Assembly: GCF_963921235.1 (NCBI RefSeq)
Contig: NC_086097.1
Location: 172,238,001-172,302,000 of the forward strand
DNA: 64,000 nt
Source of the DNA: Mobula hypostoma
Taxonomy: Eukaryota
Direction: 5' to 3'
Made by a program: the position numbers and the translations under genes. The notes under the pieces were generated by a model. It saw only the letters and a program-made list of their open reading frames with translations. It made no database searches and had not been told where the DNA came from. Below are positions 23,976 to 35,911 of the stretch, one piece after another (the stretch's first letter is position 1; each line of letters starts with the position of its first letter).

Positions 23976-26178
23976 ATAGAAACATAGAAACATAGAAAAT
24001 AGGTGCAGGAGTAGGCCATTCGGCCCTTCGAGCCTGCACCGCCATTTATTATGATCATGACTGATCATCCAACTCAGAACCCCGCCCCAGCCTTCCCTCC
24101 ATACGCCCTGATCCCTTTAGCCACAAGGGCCATATCTAACTCCCTCTTAAATATAGCCAATGAACTGGCCTCAACAGTTTGCTGTGGCAGAGAATTCCAC
24201 AGATTCACCACTCTCTGTGTGAAGAAGTTTTTCCTAATCTCGGTCCTAAAAGGCTTCCCCTCTATCCTCAAACTGTGACCCCTCGTTCTGGACTTCCCCA
24301 ACATCGGGAACAATCTTCCTGCATCTAGCCTGTCCAATCCCTTTGGGATCTTATACGTTACAATCAGATCCCCCCTCAATCTTCTAAATTCCAACGAGTA
24401 CAAGCCCAGTTCATCCAGTCTTTCTTCATATGAAAGTCCTGCCATCCCAGGAATCAATCTGGTGAACCTTCTTTGTACTCCCTCTATGGCAAAGATGTCT
24501 TTCCTCAGATTAGGGGACCAAAACTGCACACAATACTCCAGGTGTGGTCTCACCAAGGCCTTGTACAACTGCAGTAGTACCTCCCTGCTCCTGTACTCGA
24601 ATCCTCTCGCTATAAATGCCAGCATACCATTCGCCTTTTTCACCGCCTGCTGTACCTGCATGCCCACTTTCAATGACTGGTGTATAATGACACCCAGGTC
24701 TCGTTGCACCTCCCCTTTTCCTAATCGGCCACCATTCAGATAATAATCTGTTTTCCTATTTTTGCCACCAAAGTGGATAACTTCACATTTATCCACATTA
24801 AATTGCATCTGCCATGAGTTTGTCCACTCACCCAACCTATCCAAGTCACCCTGCATCCTCTTAGCATCCTCCTCACTGCTAACACTGCCACCCAGCTTCG
24901 TGTCATCCGCAAACTTGGAGATGCTGCATTTAATTCCCTCATCCAAGTCATTAATATATATTGTAAACAACTGGGGTCCCAGCACTGAGCCTTGCGGTAC
25001 CCCACTAGTCACCGCCTGCCATTCTGAAAAGGTCCCGTTTATTCCCACGCTTTGCTTCCTGTCTGCTAACCAATTCTCCACCCACACCAATTCCTTACCC
25101 CCAATACCGTGTGCTTTAAGTTTGCACACTAATCTCCTGTGTGGGACCTTGTCAAAAGCCTTTTGAAAATCCAAATATACCACATCCACTGGTTCTTCCC
25201 TATCCACTCTACTAGTTACACCCTCAAAAAATTCTATGAGATTCGTCAGACATGATTTTCCTTTCACAAATCCATGCTGACTTTGTCCGATCATTTCACC
25301 GCTTTCCAAATGTGCTGTTATCACATCCTTGATAACTGACTCCAGCAGTTTCCCCACCACCGACGTTAGGCTAACCGGTCTATAATTCCCCGGTTTCTCT
25401 CTCCCTCCTTTTTTAAAAAGTGGGGTTACATTGGCCACCCTCCAATCCTCAGGAACTAGTCCAGAATCTAACGAGTTTTGAAAAATTATCACTAATGCAT
25501 CCACTATTTCTTGGGCTACTTCCTTAAACACTCTAGGATGCAGACCATCTGGCCCTGGGGATTTATCTGCCTTCAATCCCTTCAATTTACCTAACACCAC
25601 TTCCCTACTAACTTGTATTTCGCTCAGTTCCTCCATCTCACTGGACCCTCTGTCCCTTACTATTTCTGGAAGATTATTTATGTCCTCCTTAGTGAAGACA
25701 GAACCAAAGTAATTATTCAATTGGTCTGCCATGTCCTTGCTCCCCATAATCAATTCACCTGTTTCTGTCTGCAGGGGACCTACATTTGTCTTTACCAGTC
25801 TTTTCCTTTTTACATATCTATAAAAGCTTTTACAGTCCGTTTTTATGTTCCCCGCCAGTTTTCTCTCATAATCTTTTTTCCCCTTCCTAATTAAGCCCTT
25901 TGTCCTCCTCTGCTGAACTCTGAATTTCTCCCAGTCCTCAGGTGAGCCACTTTCTCTGGCTAATTTGTATGCTACTTCTTTGGAATTGATACTATCCCTA
26001 ATTTCTCTTGTCAGCCACGGGTGCACTACCTTCCTTGATTTATTCTTTTGCCAAACTGGGATGAACAATTGTTGTAGTTCATCCATGCAACCTTTAAATG
26101 CTTGCCATTGCATATCCACCGTCAATCCTTTAAGTGTCATTTGCCAGTCTATCTTAGCTAATTCACGTCTCATACCTT
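23976..26178 (-). mobile_element. Young 5'-truncated CR1 LINE
   Basis: Uninterrupted ORF2 segment; 8-bp (atagaaac)n tail at 23977-23999; possible TSD ttttgatg at 23967-23974 / 26179-26186. Confidence 0.97.
24074..26173 (-). CDS. CR1 ORF2 reverse transcriptase, open for 699 aa, endonuclease domain missing
   Basis: KSPGPDG, NYRPVSLTS, QHGF, YLDFQKAFDKV, GVPQGSVLGP, FADD, DLGV, RPHLEYC all in frame. Confidence 0.9.
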   Translation of the reverse strand: MRRELAKIDWQMTLKGLTVDMQWQAFKGCMDELQQLFIPVWQKNKSRKVVHPWLTREIRDSINSKEVAYKLARESGSPEDWEKFRVQQRRTKGLIRKGKKDYERKLAGNIKTDCKSFYRYVKRKRLVKTNVGPLQTETGELIMGSKDMADQLNNYFGSVFTKEDINNLPEIVRDRGSSEMEELSEIQVSREVVLGKLKGLKADKSPGPDGLHPRVFKEVAQEIVDALVIIFQNSLDSGLVPEDWRVANVTPLFKKGGREKPGNYRPVSLTSVVGKLLESVIKDVITAHLESGEMIGQSQHGFVKGKSCLTNLIEFFEGVTSRVDREEPVDVVYLDFQKAFDKVPHRRLVCKLKAHGIGGKELVWVENWLADRKQSVGINGTFSEWQAVTSGVPQGSVLGPQLFTIYINDLDEGIKCSISKFADDTKLGGSVSSEEDAKRMQGDLDRLGEWTNSWQMQFNVDKCEVIHFGGKNRKTDYYLNGGRLGKGEVQRDLGVIIHQSLKVGMQVQQAVKKANGMLAFIARGFEYRSREVLLQLYKALVRPHLEYCVQFWSPNLRKDIFAIEGVQRRFTRLIPGMAGLSYEERLDELGLYSLEFRRLRGDLIVTYKIPKGLDRLDAGRLFPMLGKSRTRGHSLRIEGKPFRTEIRKNFFTQRVVNLWNSLPQQTVEASSLAIFKRELDMALVAKGIRAYGGKAGAGF

Positions 26179-26994
26179 TTTTGATGTTTGATGACCAGTG
26201 TGTACTTGATGGGCTGAATGGCGTGTTTCTGTGCAGTAAGGATGCTTTGTGTACCTTTGGAAGCTGTAAACTTCAATGGGGAACAATAATGAATGTTTTT
26301 CATATCTGAATCTAGTTTGTCAATTCAGCACAATGAATGCTAGCACTGCTGCTAAATATGAAAAGAGACCTAATTAGTATGTCATTTCTGACCTCAGGGT
26401 TAAATCCAGTGTGTAATGGAGTATGGTTTGTATTTGTTTTGTCATTAATGAGATCTGAAGAATAAAAAAAAGAATACCTTTGGGATCACAGTTATTGGCA
26501 TCCCACCTACTACCTTGAATATTCATTCCCTCATTACTGTGGCTACAGGGAGTTCCATCTCCAAAATGCACCAGGGTTATTTCCTGTGCTGACACAGCAG
26601 CACTTTTCTAACCCCATAACCTCTGCATTAAAAAGGACAAGGGCAGCAGATGAACAGGAACACTACCACCAGAATTTCTCTCACACACAGTTTTGACGTT
26701 GAAATACATGACAATTCCTTCATCGTTATTGTGTCTAAATGTTGGAAGTCCACTATCAAATAAGACAATTGGAGCTCCTTCCACTGAATTATTGCAATTT
26801 TTCAAAGATGAATTTCTAGTCTACCAAGAGGTGCTAGTATTGGGCAACAGCACACAACACACGTCTACTGTCCTTTTCCCTTCATACATTTATATTTACA
26901 TGAAGCACTGCCACAAGGAAGCACTTTCCATCATCAAAGACCCCCACCATCCAGGCCATGGCCCTTCTCACTAATACTATCAGGCAGCAGGAAT

Positions 26995-28696
26995 TATAGT
27001 CATAGTCATACTTTATTGATCCCAGGGGGAAATTGGTTTTCGTTACAGTTGCACCATAAATAATAAATAGTAATAAAACCATAAATAGTTAAATAGTAAT
27101 ATGTAAATTATGCCATGAAGTAAGTCCAGGACCAGCCCATTGGCTCAGGGTGTCTGACCCTCCAAGGGAGGAGTTGTAAAGTTTGATGGCCACAGGCAGG
27201 AATGACTTCCAATGACGCTCTGTGCTGCATCTCGGAGGAATGAGTCTCTGGCTGAATGTACTCCTGTGCTCAACCAGTACATTATGTAGTGGATGGGAGA
27301 CATTGTCCAAGATGGCACGCAACTTGGCCAGCATCCTCTTTTCAGACACCAGCGTCAGAGAGTCCAGTTCCATCCCCACAACATCACTGGCCTTACGAAT
27401 GAGATTGTTGATTCTGTTGGTGTCTGCTACCCTCAGCCTGCTGCCCCAGCACACAACAGCAAACACGATCGCACTGGCCACCACAGACTCGTAGAACATC
27501 CTCAGCATCGTCTGGCAGATGTTAAAGGACCTCAGTCTCCTCAGGGAATAGAGACGGCTCTGACCGTTCTTGTAGACAGCCTCAGTGTTCTTTGACCAGT
27601 CCAGTTTATTGTCAATTCGTATCCCCAGGTATTTGTAATCCTCCACCATGTCCACACTGACTCCCTGGATGGAAACAGGGGTCACCTGTACCTTAGCTCT
27701 CCTCAGGTCTACCACCAGCTCCTTAGTCTTTTTCACATTAAGCTGCAGATAATTTTGCTCACACCATGTGACAAAGCTTCCTACCATAGCCCTGTACTAG
27801 CCTCATCTCCCTTGCTGATGCATCCAACTATGGTAGAGTCATCAGAAAACTTCTGAAGATGACAAGACTCTTGTGCAGTAGTTGAAGTCCAAAGTGTAAA
27901 TGGTGAAGAGAAAGGGAGACAAGACAGTCCCCCGTGGAGCCCCAGTGCTGCTGATCACTCTGTCAGACACAGTGTTTCAAGCACATGTACTGTGGTCTGC
28001 CAGTCAGATAATCAAGAATCCATGACACCAGGAAAGCATCCACCTGCATTGCTGTCAGCTTCTCCACAAGCAGAGCAGAGCGGATAGTGTTGAACGCACT
28101 GGAGAAGTCAAAAAACATGACCCCCACAGTACTCACTGGCTTGTCCAGGTGGGCGTAGACACAGTTCAGCAGGTAGATGATGGCATCCTCAACTCCTAGT
28201 CGGGGCTGGTAGGCGAACTGGAGGGGATCTAAGTGTGGCCTGACCATGGGCCGGAGCAGTTCCAGAACAAGTCTCTCCAGGGTCTTCATGATGTGAGAGG
28301 TCAATGCCACCGGTCTGTAGTCATTGAGGCCACTGGGGCGCGGCGTCTTCAGCACAGGGACGAGGCAGGACGTCTTCCACAGCACAGGAACCCTCCGGAG
28401 CCTCAGGATCAGGCTGAATACATGGCGAAGTACTCCACATAGCTGAGGGGCACAGGCTTTGAGCACCCTGGTACTGAAACCATCCGGTCCTGCAGCCTTG
28501 CTTGGGTTGAGACGTTTCAGCTGTCTTCTCACCTGTTCAGCTGTGAAGCCCACTGTGGTAGTTTCGTGTGGGGAAGGGGTATAGTCATGAGAGCAGGGTG
28601 GGGGACTGTGAGGAGGGGTAGGAGGGGAGAGTGGAATATGTGTTGGTTGGGGGCCGACAACAGATGGCTCATGTGGGGGATTGGCAGGGGCCACAA
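26995..28696 (-). mobile_element. Young Rex1/Babar LINE, 5'-truncated
   Basis: KAAGPDG, NDYRPVALTSHIMK, LDPLQFAY, FFDFSSAFNTI, KTKELVVD, YKYLG; (actatg)n tail. Confidence 0.93.
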
Positions 28697-29489
28697 GGAA
28701 CGGAAGCTTAGGTCCCACACCAGCAGGTTCAGGAACAAATATTACTCTGCAAGCATCAGGTTCCTCAACTGATGTGGATAACTTTGTTCTACAACCTGCA
28801 GATTCATTTTCAAAGACTCTTCATAACTCATGTTTTCAGTGCTATTTTTATAGCAGTTTGTCTTCTTTTGTATATTGGTTGGTTGTTACTCTTTGTCTGT
28901 CTACGTATAGCTTTTCATAATTTTTCCCCGTAAATGCCTGCAAGAAAAGGTGGTTATAGTAACAAAACGTACCTTGATAATAAATTACTCTGATGTTCAA
29001 ACTTTGATGAAAGCTGCTTGACCCATCAAATTCCTCCAGCACCTTGTGTTTACCACATAGACCTTAAAGAGTCATGAATAAAACTTTTGACATATTGACC
29101 TTCATAAATCAGGGTATTGAGTATAGGAGTTGTGATGGTATGTTGAAATTGACATTGATGAGGCTACATTTGGAGTATTCTGTGAAGTTCTGGTCACCTA
29201 CTTACAATCAGAGTACATTCACGTCACCACATACAACCCTGAGATTCTATTTCTGCAGGCATACTTAGCAAATCTTTAGAACAGTAACTGTAAACTGTAA
29301 ACATCATGAACTGTTAACTGTAAACAAACTGCAAATTCAAATATAAATAAATAGCAATAAATAATGAGCATGAAATAACAATATAACAGAGTCCTTAAAT
29401 GTGTGTAGCTATCCCCTTTTATCCAAGAGCCTGGTGGCTGAGAGTAGTAACTGTTCTTGAACCTGGTGGTTGAGTCCTAAGGCACCTGT

Positions 29490-30800
29490 TGTCATGGTCC
29501 AGTCTGTGAAGTCCGCATTCCGGTTCATGGTCCGGTCTGTGGACTCAGGACTCCGGGTCTTTCAGCTGTCCCTTGTTTTGGTTGAGTTAATCATAGGTAC
29601 CTGATTCCCATCCTGGGGCGTGGAATATAAGTAGCTTTGGGGTTGAGTGTGGGCGGCTGGTTTGTCTTGCCAAGATCCCCTGGGAGCAACCTGCCGGTGG
29701 AAGGTTGGTGTGGCTACTTGCCATCTTTAGGCTACGTTGGAGAACCATCGCTTCATGGAGCCTTGCTGTCGGTAGTCAGAGCTGTCTTTGCAGTATGGAT
29801 TCAGCTGTTTTCTGGGCCTGCTGAGTGCCCATCAGCCACTCTGAGCTAGGTAGGGATCCAGTTGTTTCCGCAGCCAGCAGAGGTTGCTGGCTGTAACTGC
29901 GACTCAAAGCAACCCTGAAGCAGAGATGGAACTGTCTGTCATTCTTTGGTGTTTGTCTCTTCTTGTCCTCACCTCCATGGGGTAAGTTAGGCTGTTCTGC
30001 CGTTGCCCTGTGGGGGGATCTGTCTTGTCTTGTCCTCGCCTCTGTGGGATAAGTCAGGCCATTCTGCCGTTGCCCTGCGGGGGGACCTGTCTTGTCTTGT
30101 CTTTGCCTCTGTTGGGTAAGTCCGGCCGTTCTGTCGTTACCCAACAGGTGGACCTGTCCCACCTTAGTGTGGAGATAAAGTTGAGTCCCGGCTTGTCTAT
30201 GGATGAGTCCCGGCTCTTTGTTTATGTACTGTCCTGTGTCATTTTGGTGTTGTGTTAAAGATGAGTCCTAGCTTTTCGAAGGATAAGTCCCAGCTCTATG
30301 TTGATGTACAGTTCCCAGTCTGTCTCCGAGCTCCAGCCTCCGAGTTATCAGCTTCCACATTCCAAGACTCAAGACCCCAGCCTAAAGCCTCAAAACTCAA
30401 GACCCCAGACCCCAGCCTGTCTCCAAGTTCAAGACTCAAGACCCCAGCCTGTCTCCAAGTTCAAGAGCCAAGACCCCAGCCTGTCTCCAATTTCAAGAGC
30501 CAAGACCCCAGCCACATCCTGTCCTGTAGTCATGTCATGTCCTTGCCTGGTTTTGGGGCCCGAGCCCGAGGCAAGACCCAGGTTCTGGGTCCTCGTCCAG
30601 TCTCGGGCTCAGAGTCCAAGCCTTGTCTCCTAGTCCATGGTTCCTAGTCCTGGTCCCGCTTTCCCTAGCCCAAGTCTATGCTCTTGTCCCTGCTCCTTGC
30701 CTGAATTCTGTCACGTCCTTAGTCTAGTCAAGTTCTGTTCCTTGTACTTCAGTGTCTGTGTCTTGCATTTGGGTCCGTTCCCAACGCCCCCATTGTGACA
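29490..30800 (+). mobile_element. Solo LTR (Gypsy-like, 1311 bp) with internal tandem repeats
   Basis: TGTCA...TGACA termini; 5-bp TSD cctgt (29485-29489 / 30801-30805); TATAA at about 29625. Confidence 0.85.
30360..30515 (+). repeat. Approximately 31-38 bp minisatellite inside the solo LTR
   Basis: Recurring caagaccccagcctgtctccaagttcaaga units, 4-5 copies. A second approximately 58-bp three-copy array lies at about 29960-30140. Confidence 0.85.
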
Positions 30801-32479
30801 CCTGTACCTTTTACCTGATGTCAGCTTCAAGAAAGAGCATTGACCTTTGATCATTGATGCTGCTTTTCTAAGGCAACGTTTCACAGAGCTGTGCTCAACG
30901 GTTGAGAGGGGTTTTACCTGTGATGTACTGGACCAAATTCATTACTTTTTGTAGGATTTTCCACTCAAACACATTGGTGTTCCCATATCAGGCCATAACG
31001 CAGACAGCCAGCACGCTTTCCACTACATAGCTATAGAAGTTTGCTTAGGTTTTCAATAACATACCGAACCTCCACAGACTCTGTGCTGTCACGCTTTTCT
31101 CACATAATATTTAGATGATGTGTCCAGGACAGGTCCTCCGAGATAGTGACACCCAAGAAATTAAAGTGACTAACCCTCTCCATCTCTGATCCTCCAATGA
31201 GGACTGGCTCATGGACCTCTGGTTTCCTTCTCTTGAAGTCTACAATCAGTTCCTTGATCTTATTGACATTGAGCGAGATATTGTTGTTATTACACCACTC
31301 AGCCAAATTTTTTCTCCCTCCTATATGCTGATTTATCACCCCACTTTGATACAGCCCACAACAGTGGTGCCATCAGCAAACTTGTACACAGTGTTAGAGC
31401 TGTATTCAGCCACACAGTCATGGGTGTGCAGGGAGTGAGTAGAGTAGTACACATCCCTGTGGTCTTCCTATACTGATATAGGTTGTGGAGGAGATGTTTT
31501 TGCCAATCCGAAGTGACTGGAGTCTACAGGTGAGGAAATCCAGGATCCAATTGCACAAGGGGGTACTGAGACCCATGTTTTGGAGTTTACTGATTAGTTT
31601 TGAGGAGATAATGGTGTTAAATTGATAAAGAGCACCCTGATGTATGCACCTTTGCTGTCCAGATATTCCAGAATGGCTTGAGGGTGCCAAGAACCCTTTC
31701 ATTATGTGGACAGATCACAAAAACCTTCAGTACGCCAAATGACTGAATTTCAGGCAGGCCAAATGGTCTCTTTTCTTTAACCAGTTGATGGCTATTCTGC
31801 TCTGAGCTGACCTCTCATTGAATACTCCTGCCAGCTGGTTGGCACAAGTTTCCCAAGCCGTTACCAGGTACTGCATCGGGGCCAGCTGCCTTGCGAGGGT
31901 TCACCCTCCTTAAAGACAGCCTACCATCGGCCTCTGAGACAGAGATCACAGGGTCATCAGGTGCAGCAGGGATCTCCACAGCTGTAGTTATATTCTCCCT
32001 TTCAAAGCGGCCATAGAAGGCATTGAGCTTATTTGGTAGTGAAGCATGGCTGCCCCGATAATGGATTTCACTTTGTAAGAAGTTCCTGTAAACCCTGCAG
32101 AATTGATGTGCATCCGATGTTGCTTCCAACCCAGCTCAGAATTGTCTCTTCACTCTTGAAATAGCCCTCCACAAGTCATACCTTGTTTTCTTGTACAGAC
32201 CTGGGTCACCAAACTTAAATGCCATAGATTTAGCCCTCAGCAGATGATGTACCTCCTGGTTCATCCATGGCTTTTGGTTTGGCAAGATTTTGTAGGCACA
32301 CACTCATCCACACAGTTACCAATTTGGTTTACATCTTGAGAGGTGAGAAATAATTTCTTCTCTCAGAAAGCCATGGAACAGTTTATTCCACTGTACCATG
32401 AGGGATCAGGTCATTGAATGTACTCAAAGCTGGGCTAAGTAAAATTTAAGGCTACCTCTTTACAAGCTTCTTAGAGAGT

Positions 32480-32612
32480 AGACATGGCCCTCAGTTACAC
32501 CTCCTCTGCAAGACAATGCCACACTCTCTCTGTCTTTCATTGGGAGTTGCAGCCCAGATATTGTGTTTGAGTCTCAGGCCTGGGATTTGAGCTCACGATG
32601 TTCTGGACTGAC
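32480..32612 (-). mobile_element. DeuSINE 5' (tRNA-related head) remnant
   Basis: gcagcccagatattgtgtttgagtctc...tgggatttgagctcac resembles the antisense SacSINE1 head as recalled. Confidence 0.45.
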
Positions 32613-33867
32613 ACAATGATATTAAATTAGCTGAGACTGAGTGTTGAGAACAACCCTAACCGATTAATGGTTCAGTCTTCTCATAATTCGTGCATTCACA
32701 GTGATATATTTTCACCACATAATTGGAATACTTCACAACTAACAGCAACCTAATAAATAACTTAGCTCGTCTGCCAAGCTGCTCTCTAGTCGTGACTTAT
32801 TGATCTTAACTTCCTGCCCATTGTTCTTCCCAGGCCATGCCATTTTTCCTCCTTGACTCAATGCACTGAGAAAAAAACACAAAGTGATACTCATTCTGTC
32901 TTCTGATGGGTTCATCTCCAGGAGAATGTTAATTGTTAGACAAGAAGCTGAGGAGCTTTCATGTTATCAGAAATAAAGGGCAGAATGTACAATCTGTACA
33001 GAATTCAGAGCCATTTAAATTGATTGGATTGGAATTTACAATCCACGTACTTACATGTTATTCTTGATTAATGCAGTTTTTAGAAGTGCATCAAGATTCT
33101 GTTCTTTCATCTTTGAGAATCCTAGTCTGTTCTGACCATGTTGATGAGATGGGAACTTTTTCTCATTATTGAGTCTGCCGGCCCAATTCATCCATGAACA
33201 CCTACTAAGATACCTCTCTGAGCTATTCCTGATTGCCTGTGTTTGACCCATGTCTCTCTAAACCTTTTCTATCCATGTGCCTGTACAAATACCTTTCAAA
33301 TGCAGTTATAGTACTTGCTTCAACTACTTCCTTTGGCAGCTTGTTCCACATATGTAACATCTTCGATGTGCAAAAAGTGCCCCTCAGTTCTCTTTCAAAT
33401 CTTCCCCTTTCACCTTCATTCTATGCCCTCTCTGTCCCCTGGTCCTTGAATGATCTGCTACACAGCATCCCTCTATTTATCCTTTGCTCTCCTCCATCAA
33501 TCGTGCTCTCAACCTTCTTTACTACAAGGACTAACCTCACTAAAATTTCCCTGTCCCTTGAACTTTACGAGTAAATCTTTTTCCTGAACTTTCTCAAAGA
33601 CCTTCCTAAATGAGGCAACCAGAGATGGATGAGATATTCTTGTTGTGGCCTGTCCTGTATTCTGTACAATTCAACATACTCTCCCCACTTTTGTACTCAA
33701 GACTATTCTTTATGAATCCCAGGATCCTATATGTTCAATGATTTATGTCAAATGTGATAGTTACCCTCACAAAACTTAAGTTGCATCTGATGAATATTTG
33801 AATTGCCAAATTAAAGTAAGCTACAGACCAAGTTAGTGGGATTTATAGCCTCCCTCCATCAACTCCA

Positions 33868-34440
33868 TCTTCACTTCTCTTGAGGCCCTCTGTCGGTCAG
33901 GGTCAACCTTGGATGTGGTGCCCCTGCAGTCTATGTGATATGCAAGCCAGGACAGTAACCATATGCAGAGCAGGCTGTTGCCCATGTAGCAGGATCCTGC
34001 TCTCCACAAAGCTGATGAATACAAAGGAATAGCAGGGATTGATACAATTTGGCACCAGCAGTGTCGCAGGAGTTGCCAGTCAGTGTTGAACTCAACGTAG
34101 GACTGCCTTAGGGACTCCAGCTCTAAATTTTTCTCGGGATTTGCTCCCAAAGCCTTCCCATGAGTGGTTATAGCCACAAGGCAGCAGAGGTTTGAAATCA
34201 GAGTTTTCCATCTCCTAGATGAACTGCCAACTACAGCTGATGAGCCCCATATATCCAAAGCGACTTGTTTTAAGGCACCAGTAGCCCACCTTTTCCCCTT
34301 CTCCTGTCAGTAGAAATAGTTCTGCCGGGTTCAGTAGCAAAGTCACATGTGATGGCCGGGAGCTGGATTTGGTTGTCAGAGGCTAGTTGATACACATGCC
34401 ATTGGGAGCATTTAATAGGTAGTGAGAGCTTATCCCCTCT
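33868..34440 (-). mobile_element. Non-autonomous bipartite RTE-derived element (5' UTR fused to 3' end)
   Basis: Minus strand carries the RTE 5'-UTR motif catctaggagatggaaaactctgatttcaaacc and ends in a gaagtgaag-type tail; no RT coding region between them. Confidence 0.7.
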
Positions 34441-34729
34441 AGACCTCTTACTTTTTCTGCTATCGGGGAAGTTCCCTACAATCTACACTCTCTTTGATCC
34501 TCATAATTCTGTTTACAGACGCAAACTCCAAAGAAACTCAGTTGGCCAAAGAGTGCTGAGAATGAGGAAGTTGCACCCACAGGGGAGGTGTGAAGTGAAC
34601 AGAACTGAAACTTTGTCGAGAAACCTGGACAAATGTGAGAGCTGATTCCATACACAGCTGTCAGTCCTCCAGTCTAACATCTCACAGATGTGAAATCCTG
34701 TGAAAATGCCATTTCTTATTTATCCTATC

Positions 34730-35270
34730 CACTCAGTGGCTACTTTATTATGTCACCTGCTTGTCAGTGAAAATATCTAATCAGCCAATCATGTGGCAGC
34801 AACTCAATGCCCAAAGTATGCAGACATGATCAAGAGGTTCAGTTGTTGTTCAGACTAAATATCCAAATGGGGAAGAAATGTGACTTAAGCATCTTTGACC
34901 GTGGAATGATTGTTGGAGCCAGACAGGGGTGTTTGAGCATCTCAGAAACTGCTGATCTCCTGAGATTTTCATGCACTGTAGAGTTTACAGAGAATGGTGC
35001 AAAAAAAACAAAAAAAAGACATCCAGAGGGTGGCAGTGCTGTTAGTTCTGTCAGTGAGAATGCTTTGTTTATGAGAGAGGTCTGAAAAGAAAGGCCAGAC
35101 TGGTTCATGCTGACAGGAGGATTACAGTAATGTAAATAACCACGCGTTACAACAGCGGTGTGCACTAGAGCATTTCTGGATGCACAACACATTGAGGAGC
35201 CTTGAAGTGGGTAGACTACAGCAGTAAAAGACCATGAACATATACTCAGTGGCCATTTTATTAGGTACAG
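34730..35270 (+). mobile_element. Tc1/mariner transposon remnant (left end plus transposase N-terminal HTH)
   Basis: MGKKCDLSIFDRGMIVGARQGCLSISETADLL; terminal motif actcagtggcyaytttatta at 34731 and 35244. Confidence 0.85.
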
Positions 35271-35589
35271 GAAGATACCTGAGTGTAGATGAAATGTTAG
35301 GGAGGATGGCAGAGGTAGCATTTTTACATAAAGAGTGGTATATACCTGTTCCTTGATAGGCACATGGATGTATGAAGGGTTATGGGATGTGTAGGAGGGA
35401 AGTGTCAGGTTGATTGTGGAGCAGGTTTATATTGGTCAGCATAGTATCATGGGTCAAAGGGCATGTCCTGTCCTTGCAGCATAGGAAACTCTCTCCAGTG
35501 CAAGGGAGTTGACCAAAGGGCCAAGATTAGAGAAAGCGAATGAAAGCACCAACGGTAAATAGTTTTCACTTCAAAGTGTGCTCTGGAAT

Positions 35590-35680
35590 ATGATATTTTT
35601 AGTGATGTTGATTTCAGGGCAAATATAGGCCATAACACTATGGAGTAATCTCCTGCTATTCTTCAAAGGGTGCTGCAAAG
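35590..35680 (-). mobile_element. DeuSINE Deu-domain remnant
   Basis: tttagtgatgttgatttcagggcaaatataggcc...ctcctgctattcttcaaa is antisense to the recalled Deu domain and homologous to 20145-20255. Confidence 0.55.
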
Positions 35681-35911
35681 GGGTTATGGTTAAATTAATG
35701 AACTATTAATCTACAACTTTCAATAATAAGTAACACCACAGTTCAAATCCCACCACAGCAGCTGTGAAGTTTAAATTTTGTTATCGATTTTGCATTAACA
35801 AAAAATATAGCTAGTGTTCAGTTATGGTGAGCAAAACCATTGGATTACTGTAAAAACTTAAATGGTTCACTCATTTTTTCAGGAGAGGAAATTCAGTATC
35901 CTTGTCTTCAT

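Larger units (their letters stand above)
29205..32315 (-). mobile_element. Older Rex1/Babar LINE interrupted by a solo LTR
   Basis: LPNKLNAFYGRFE...[46 protein letters not shown]; colinear across 29490-30800. Confidence 0.85.

Noticed and set aside
26997..27812. Long-range inverted repeat with 61068-61894 as ends of a large composite element
   Set aside because: Two independent 5'-truncated copies of one Rex1 family, each with its own tail and each inserted in a different host repeat
30252..30647. Repetitive Pro/Ser/Gln-rich ORFs, or a CRISPR-like array
   Set aside because: Degenerate minisatellite inside a solo LTR; no unique spacers; eukaryotic context
34235..34262. CTGATGA as a possible hammerhead core
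   Set aside because: No correctly placed helix II, GAAA or NUH; lies antisense within the RTE-derived element
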